Part shown: one piece after another, positions 39,458 through 64,000 of the stretch
Layout of the letters: every line of letters begins with the position of its first letter
Position numbering within the stretch: position 1 is the stretch's first letter
NCBI GenBank assembly: GCA_002633005.1
Contig: NMRA01000131.1
Location: forward strand, 807,808-871,807
Length of the DNA: 64,000 nucleotides
DNA from: Phoronis australis
Lineage: Eukaryota; Animalia; Phoronida
Direction of reading: 5' to 3'
Program-made: the position numbers and the translations under genes
Notes under the pieces: generated by a model
Told to the model about the DNA's origin: nothing
The model's input: the letters and a program-made list of their open reading frames with translations, nothing else
Database searches by the model: none

Positions 39458-42400
39458 AGCTCAGAGATGGATAGTCAAATAACTCGTCTCAAGCCTTAGT
39501 CACACTTTTAGAGCAAGGATGACGACGAAATTATTTTGATTAAAAAGGCAGTAAATATGTATGTTGGTTGAGACGAGGGTTAATAGCCTCTTATGTGCCA
39601 GCTTGACGACCAGTTACACTCGGAAACTCAGTTGCAATCTGCATGTGGAATTGTGCCTTCTACCTTCTTGGCAAATCCTGTTTCGAAAACTCATCTTTAT
39701 TTTACTGTTGTTAAGGGATCAAAACATTACAGTGGCTGGACTCTATAAAGCTGGACTACTAAATTCCGAGGAACTTTCCTGTGCCCAGAAACCTAACGAC
39801 AACGGCCACCTATCTAACACTGCAGAACACCATGCCCGCAAGATTGACGCATCGCATCGCATAAGTCACGTACAAAGTCATTTCAAAATTATGGAACACT
39901 GTTTGAATAAGAATAAGTCGTAAAGAGACGACACATTTAAATAGTGTCAACATAACCATGGTGTACGAATTTCAATTGACGTTTTCAAAATGTCACAATC
40001 TGGGAGCGTGAACACTAACCTGGAAGCCATCGCAATTACGTTACATTAAGAAAACGAGTAATGCAGTGTTTCATAAAGTGGTGATAAAATTGCCATAGGC
40101 TGACATACTTGAGAATGTCATTTTAAACTAACCTCAGGTTAGACACCAGCTCGACAATTTGTGTATAAAACAGCATGAACTTCCTGAACCGCCTAATTTC
40201 ACGTTTTGGATGTTTCCTGTACCCCGTGGTCACCAGACCTGATTGCACTAGGTTACTGAATTGGAAGAGTCTGGGCATCAAAACTGCAAGCAACAGCTAA
40301 ACTTAAGGATTGACAGATGGGGGTATTGACCAACAAAGTGAGATTGTTCACGCGGTAGAGGTGAAAAGTATCATGTCTTGACTATGTTGCCAGAAAGAAA
40401 AGTTTAAATGCAATTTCTCTTTTTCGAGTTATTTTCAATTACAATATGTCCCATTATTTCGAGAGCTATGAGCTATGGAATCTTGTATAGCTTTGTCATT
40501 GGACAAGACTTCCAAGGTTTTTTTTTGGCTCGGGGATGTAGATGGGCGTCAAAATGTGGGGCGAAACTTATGCCAGGCAAAGTTGGATTAAACATGACCC
40601 ACATTTATATCAGACATGGGAAATTTTACCTAAATAACATCATGTGATCCGAATGTTGAACACAAGCCAATAACAATGAAACTCCAGAATGCACCGCTGA
40701 TGCCGGGAGCTGGATGTACAGAACGAAAGACGACTGTTTCAACAAGTTTCAATTCACAGATATTTGCCATGTGGAAGTTGTCCAACATCAATATCCAATT
40801 TTCACATTCTATTACTATAATATTTCATTTTTTACACAGGTGTCTCAAACGTTCACAATCAGTTTTGAAAATCAAATATTAGAAAAGGTGTTTGCCTCCA
40901 ATCGATAGCAAACGAGTAGTAATGAATGTTTCGTTATTCGATGAATAATGAACGGCCGTATTTTGTTTTTCAGCTCCACCGTTCACACATGCGGTTTAGT
41001 CACATAAGACTGAGCACTTGATTAATAGCTTTTCAAGATGGCGACCAAAAGTTCCTAATACAGTTTATTAACCTTCATCGCTCATTTCTTTTAAAAACAC
41101 AAGTCTGCAAACAAAAAGTAGATTCAATTGCACAATATCTTGAAAGCAATCACAACGGGAAATAAGAGTTCTGAGAAAACGTAAAACGATTTGTGTACGG
41201 TGATGCCAGGGATTGGCAGAAAACTCAAAACAAGCAGCCAAAAAGAACACCGTACTGCCTCCTACGAAGTATGGGGCGTCATTGGTATGTATAGGTTGAG
41301 CGAATTGCATATTGTCCTTAAAACCAGACAGAACGTGATCCACAAATCCTAAAGGAGTCTAAACGCTGCACTCTCTGCGCACTGAAGGAATATCCTGTCA
41401 ATCAACATCACCTAGATTTTGACAATATGTAGGGCTGTCATGTATATACAAGATGGTCAAACGAGCTCCAGTGGTATGGAACAAACCCTTCAATTACGTT
41501 ATCCCCAACATATGAGCCCCCCACTTGAACTGAAACACTCTGGCCAATGCAAGAAGGTGTCTATTGGTATCATTCGACGGATGCTAAGCCCGATTTCGAT
41601 ATTTTGTTCTACTCACATTTATTGATTACACCTTGCTAATTTAAATCTTTAAAATGAAACAAAACTTTAGTACTCTTATAAATACTAAAATTTAAAGTTA
41701 CTTATGGAAATTGTTACAAAGCCTGGCACAGTGGCAAGAATGACTATCCCCTTTAGCAACTTTCAGGATCACTGGATATAAATACCTTCCATCTTATAAC
41801 GGATTATTCGTTTAGTGGTGCAGAGGGGCAATGTCTTATTTGAACAATATTTCTATCGCTCAGGTAAGTGTTATTGGTGACCTAACTAGTGTTTGATGAA
41901 AAGACCATATGGAATTAGTATCATTGTAACCAAACATTGTTGAAGAAGTGAAGTATGGTGGCCAAGAATCTCAAATAACACCCAATCTTGTTTACAGCAT
42001 GCCACGGAGGCTCACCAAATTAGCGCCAAATGATTGGATATATACTTACCTACTCACACACCCATACACACTCAAACGGATGAAAGTGACGATTTTTTTC
42101 GTTTAAGTGAACAAAGCATGTGTAGTCGCGAGACATGTACACATCTTAACAGTTAAATGCTCTCTTTTTAACAGGATTCACATTGCACTAAAAAGAACAA
42201 TAATATCAAGAGCAGTAATAGTAATAATGATGTAGTGGACCCAATGTTACCACGTGATATATCAGACTATTCCAAACTACTCAATAAGACCCGACGCATG
42301 TCATAACAGAAGTTTAAGAACAATTTGATTTCACATTGTCCAATTCAGTGGCCGGCGCATCATAGGGGGTTGGGGGGTCTATATCCACAATTTTTTTACA

Positions 42401-43350
42401 GCTGCGCCACCCATGAATTGATGTATGTAGTAAGCGTTCAAATCAAAATATTCCCGAGTCCAGCCACAACATTGTCTCAATTTCCCTGAGTTCAGATTTT
42501 TAAAATGTTTAAGTCAAAGAGAAATTGTAAGTGCAATATATAAAACAAATAAAACACAAGCAGTTTTGCCAACATACAAACGCCATTAACACACTGTTCT
42601 ACCTGCCTAGAAAAGCGACAAAACTTACTATAATAATGTAATTCCAGATCTTATTAATTACAAGTTAAATATTCTATGACCTACTGACATTAATCAAAGT
42701 CCAGACATGGTAATCAAGGAGTAAACACAGTGTACATGCAGTTCCTCAAATACAATATGAGTACATTATTTACAAAACGGAATTTTTGATACCTGAACAA
42801 CTTCAAATACTACTGAAATTACATGAAGATCATTAGGTAATCATAAATACTGATCTCACTTCAATTTCCATACAGCAGAACTGCAGCTCATCATGTACCT
42901 GTTGTGATGATGACAGAGAAAGAACTACGATTGATACCAAACTACACTAATTAATAACTTAGTCACTAGTCACGGAATGAACATGTCACTGTATGAAAAA
43001 CTTTCATCATGTTTTCTTGCTTCCTGGGTACGCAACAATGCACATGTTTAATATCGATGGCAATCGACATCAACATTGCACTTTTTAAACAAGTTGCATA
43101 GATCCAAATTAGTAAGGATCTATCTGGCAAGGATTTTTTGATGACACACTCTGTATAGTGGTGGAGAGAACTTGCAAGTGTGGGAACTATCCTCTGAGTA
43201 TCCACATCTTGTCATCCAATTCCAGCAATAATTAATCACACAGACATCAGACAAGCCGCACTGGCATTTCCATTTGACTCGCCTGGACATCCATCTCAAA
43301 TCTTTGATTGACATACATAGCATGATGTTAAGACATAATGTCAGTGTACT

Positions 43351-62230
<18,880 letters not shown>

Positions 62231-62461
62231 CTGAAAAACAGTTAAAATGTTACGCCACTTAAATAGGTACGGAATGCGAAAGCTCGTCAAAAATATCTTT
62301 GAAAGTGAAACTTGCAGGCTAATTCCTTATCACTGTGTTCACTTGGCCACTTTATTTAGAAACACAACATATAGAAACAATGTAAATCTGAAGCACATTG
62401 AAAATTGCCACCAAACGTTTTTCAGAACAAGTTTTGTGGCAAATATGACATGCAGCAAATT

Positions 62462-62685
62462 ACCCAACTGTGTCTAGTAGGTATTATGACATGGTGCAGG
62501 GGGAACACCCAATTGTGTCTAGTAAGTATTGTGACATGGTGCAGGAGGAACACCCAACTGTGTCTAGTAAGTATTGTGACATGGTGCAGGGGAACACCCA
62601 ATTGTGTCTAGTAAGTATTGTGACATGGTGCAGGAGGAACACCCAACTGTGTCTAGTAAGTATTGTGACATGGTGCAGGGGGAAT
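62462..62685. repeat. 45-bp minisatellite, 5 units
   Basis: CCCAA(C/T)TGTGTCTAGTAAGTATTGTGACATGGTGCAGG(G/A)GGAACA at 62463, 62508, 62553, 62597, 62642. Confidence 0.95.
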
Positions 62686-63210
62686 GATACAGCATGATGC
62701 TACTACACCAACCTGCGAGGTACGTAAATAATGCAAAGGTCACCTATTTGCAGAATCTTTAGAATCTCATTTAAAAGTTGTCAGTGAATACAACTACACT
62801 TTGTTTACTGTAGATGTTAAAAGGGCATTGTTGTTTAGTTTCTGCTATACATCAATATAGTTAGGAGCATGCAAATACATATTAAAACAATTCCTAACGA
62901 AAGTACCATCTCCCAATGTATACTGTAGACTTTACATTTGGCTTTGTCAGGGAATTTCCAGGAAAAAATACAAAATTTAGGTTTTTTGAAATACGCACCA
63001 AGGAAAATCTTTGTAGTCACCACGGAGTTTATAATCTCCCCCCACTGATGATAAATGCGCGCATGGGCTCACAGTCGAGATTGATAATTTAATTAATCAG
63101 CAGATTATCATTTGCGATTGCACTCCGAATCTGAGGTCAACAGCACAGTATGAAGCAAGCGATTTCCCAGAAAGAATTCAAAGTGCATTTGAGAATATAT
63201 CTGAATACTA

Positions 63211-64000
63211 CATATTCGCCCTAATAAGCGCCCAGGGCGCGTAGAAAAATTCGTTTCTGGAGAGGGGCGCTTATTACAGCTTAACGTGGTTGAAACCCGG
63301 TCTCCGAAACGGATAAAAATCTTAAGCTAGAATTCCTCAAATTTACGCTCTGTGACATATCTGTAAGCTATGACAGACTTTTTACAAAATTGTGGTGCAT
63401 TGCTATCAGACTTTGTTGTTAAATTACGATCATTTTTCAAAAAATTGCGCTGAAATCCCAGGGCGAAAACTCATCGACTGATTCCTCGTAATCGTCGATA
63501 GGGCAACTTGAATTCTTGAATGTGAATACAGTTTCGACTCAACAAATTACCTGATGTCCTCTTTAAGTTTTCCAGATGGCGTCCCTAAGATATTTAAGTT
63601 CCTGTGGAGTCGGTATGAACTGCATATAAGTCCAAACCTTTGCTAGATCATATCCCGCAACATCAGAAAAATCTCTGGACGAAAACACACGTTGTTGTCA
63701 CGTGACGTTTGTTTTGAAGTTCATCGGCGTATGTCAGTGAGCAAGGGCGTGCGTGGCATCACTGTTCATTTGCCAGAGTAAAGGCAATGTAACGATCTAG
63801 GTGTGCATTGTAACTAGAGAAATTAACACAAGCAGTAAAGCAGAACGTGTTTTATTCAGCATTTGTTGATCTCATCTGCGAAAATTGTTCGACAATTTTC
63901 TCGGTGAGTCGCCGGATGACTCGATGCGTGACTGTCTAACAGTTATTTTCCGGGAGATTCTGGGAGTGCAAGGGTGCTGACGTGCTGACTATCAGTGGGT
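63211..64000 (+). mobile_element. Second copy of the TA-target TIR element (left part), inserted into the 62940-63210 repeat
   Basis: TA|CATATTCGCCCTAATAAGCGCCCAGGG, colinear with 48753-49505 and then directly with 51157 onward; host repeat is uninterrupted at ~5170 (TGAATACTAAGAC). Confidence 0.85.

Noticed and set aside
39561-43323. Short ORFs between the satellite and the cyclase stop codon
   Set aside because: No recognisable domains or exon chain; likely 3' UTR and intergenic sequence. PolyA sites of PC2 and the cyclase could not be fixed.
62462-62685. CRISPR-like look of the regular 45-bp repeats (also the 36-, 31- and 23-bp arrays)
   Set aside because: Units are directly adjacent with no unique spacers, there are no cas genes, and the context is a spliced animal genome.

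Overview
Intron-rich, repeat-rich animal genomic DNA, probably a marine invertebrate (taxon inferred, not demonstrable here). Three protein-coding genes: (1) the first coding exon of a DUSP10/MKP5-like MAPK phosphatase on the minus strand, continuing off the left edge; (2) a complete 13-exon prohormone convertase 2 gene (PCSK2, 646 aa) on the plus strand, 9423-28812, with an antisense tRNA-Asn(GTT) in intron 1; (3) the last six exons (cyclase domain) of an NPR-like receptor guanylate cyclase on the minus strand, 43351-62230, with its 5' part off the right edge. Between PCSK2 and the cyclase lies a ~7 kb array of a ~670-bp satellite that reverses orientation mid-array. The cyclase introns hold nested transposon relics: Kolobok-like THAP elements, a HIRAN-carrying TA-target TIR element, a BEL/Pao LTR mini-element and a fragmented LINE RT. 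Best leads: PC2 has lost both cysteines of a conserved convertase disulfide; the satellite has a fold-back junction and a possible ~165-bp sub-periodicity; two Kolobok left ends form a TTAA-flanked fold-back. I see no unambiguous new biological system; most short ORFs in the track are spurious.
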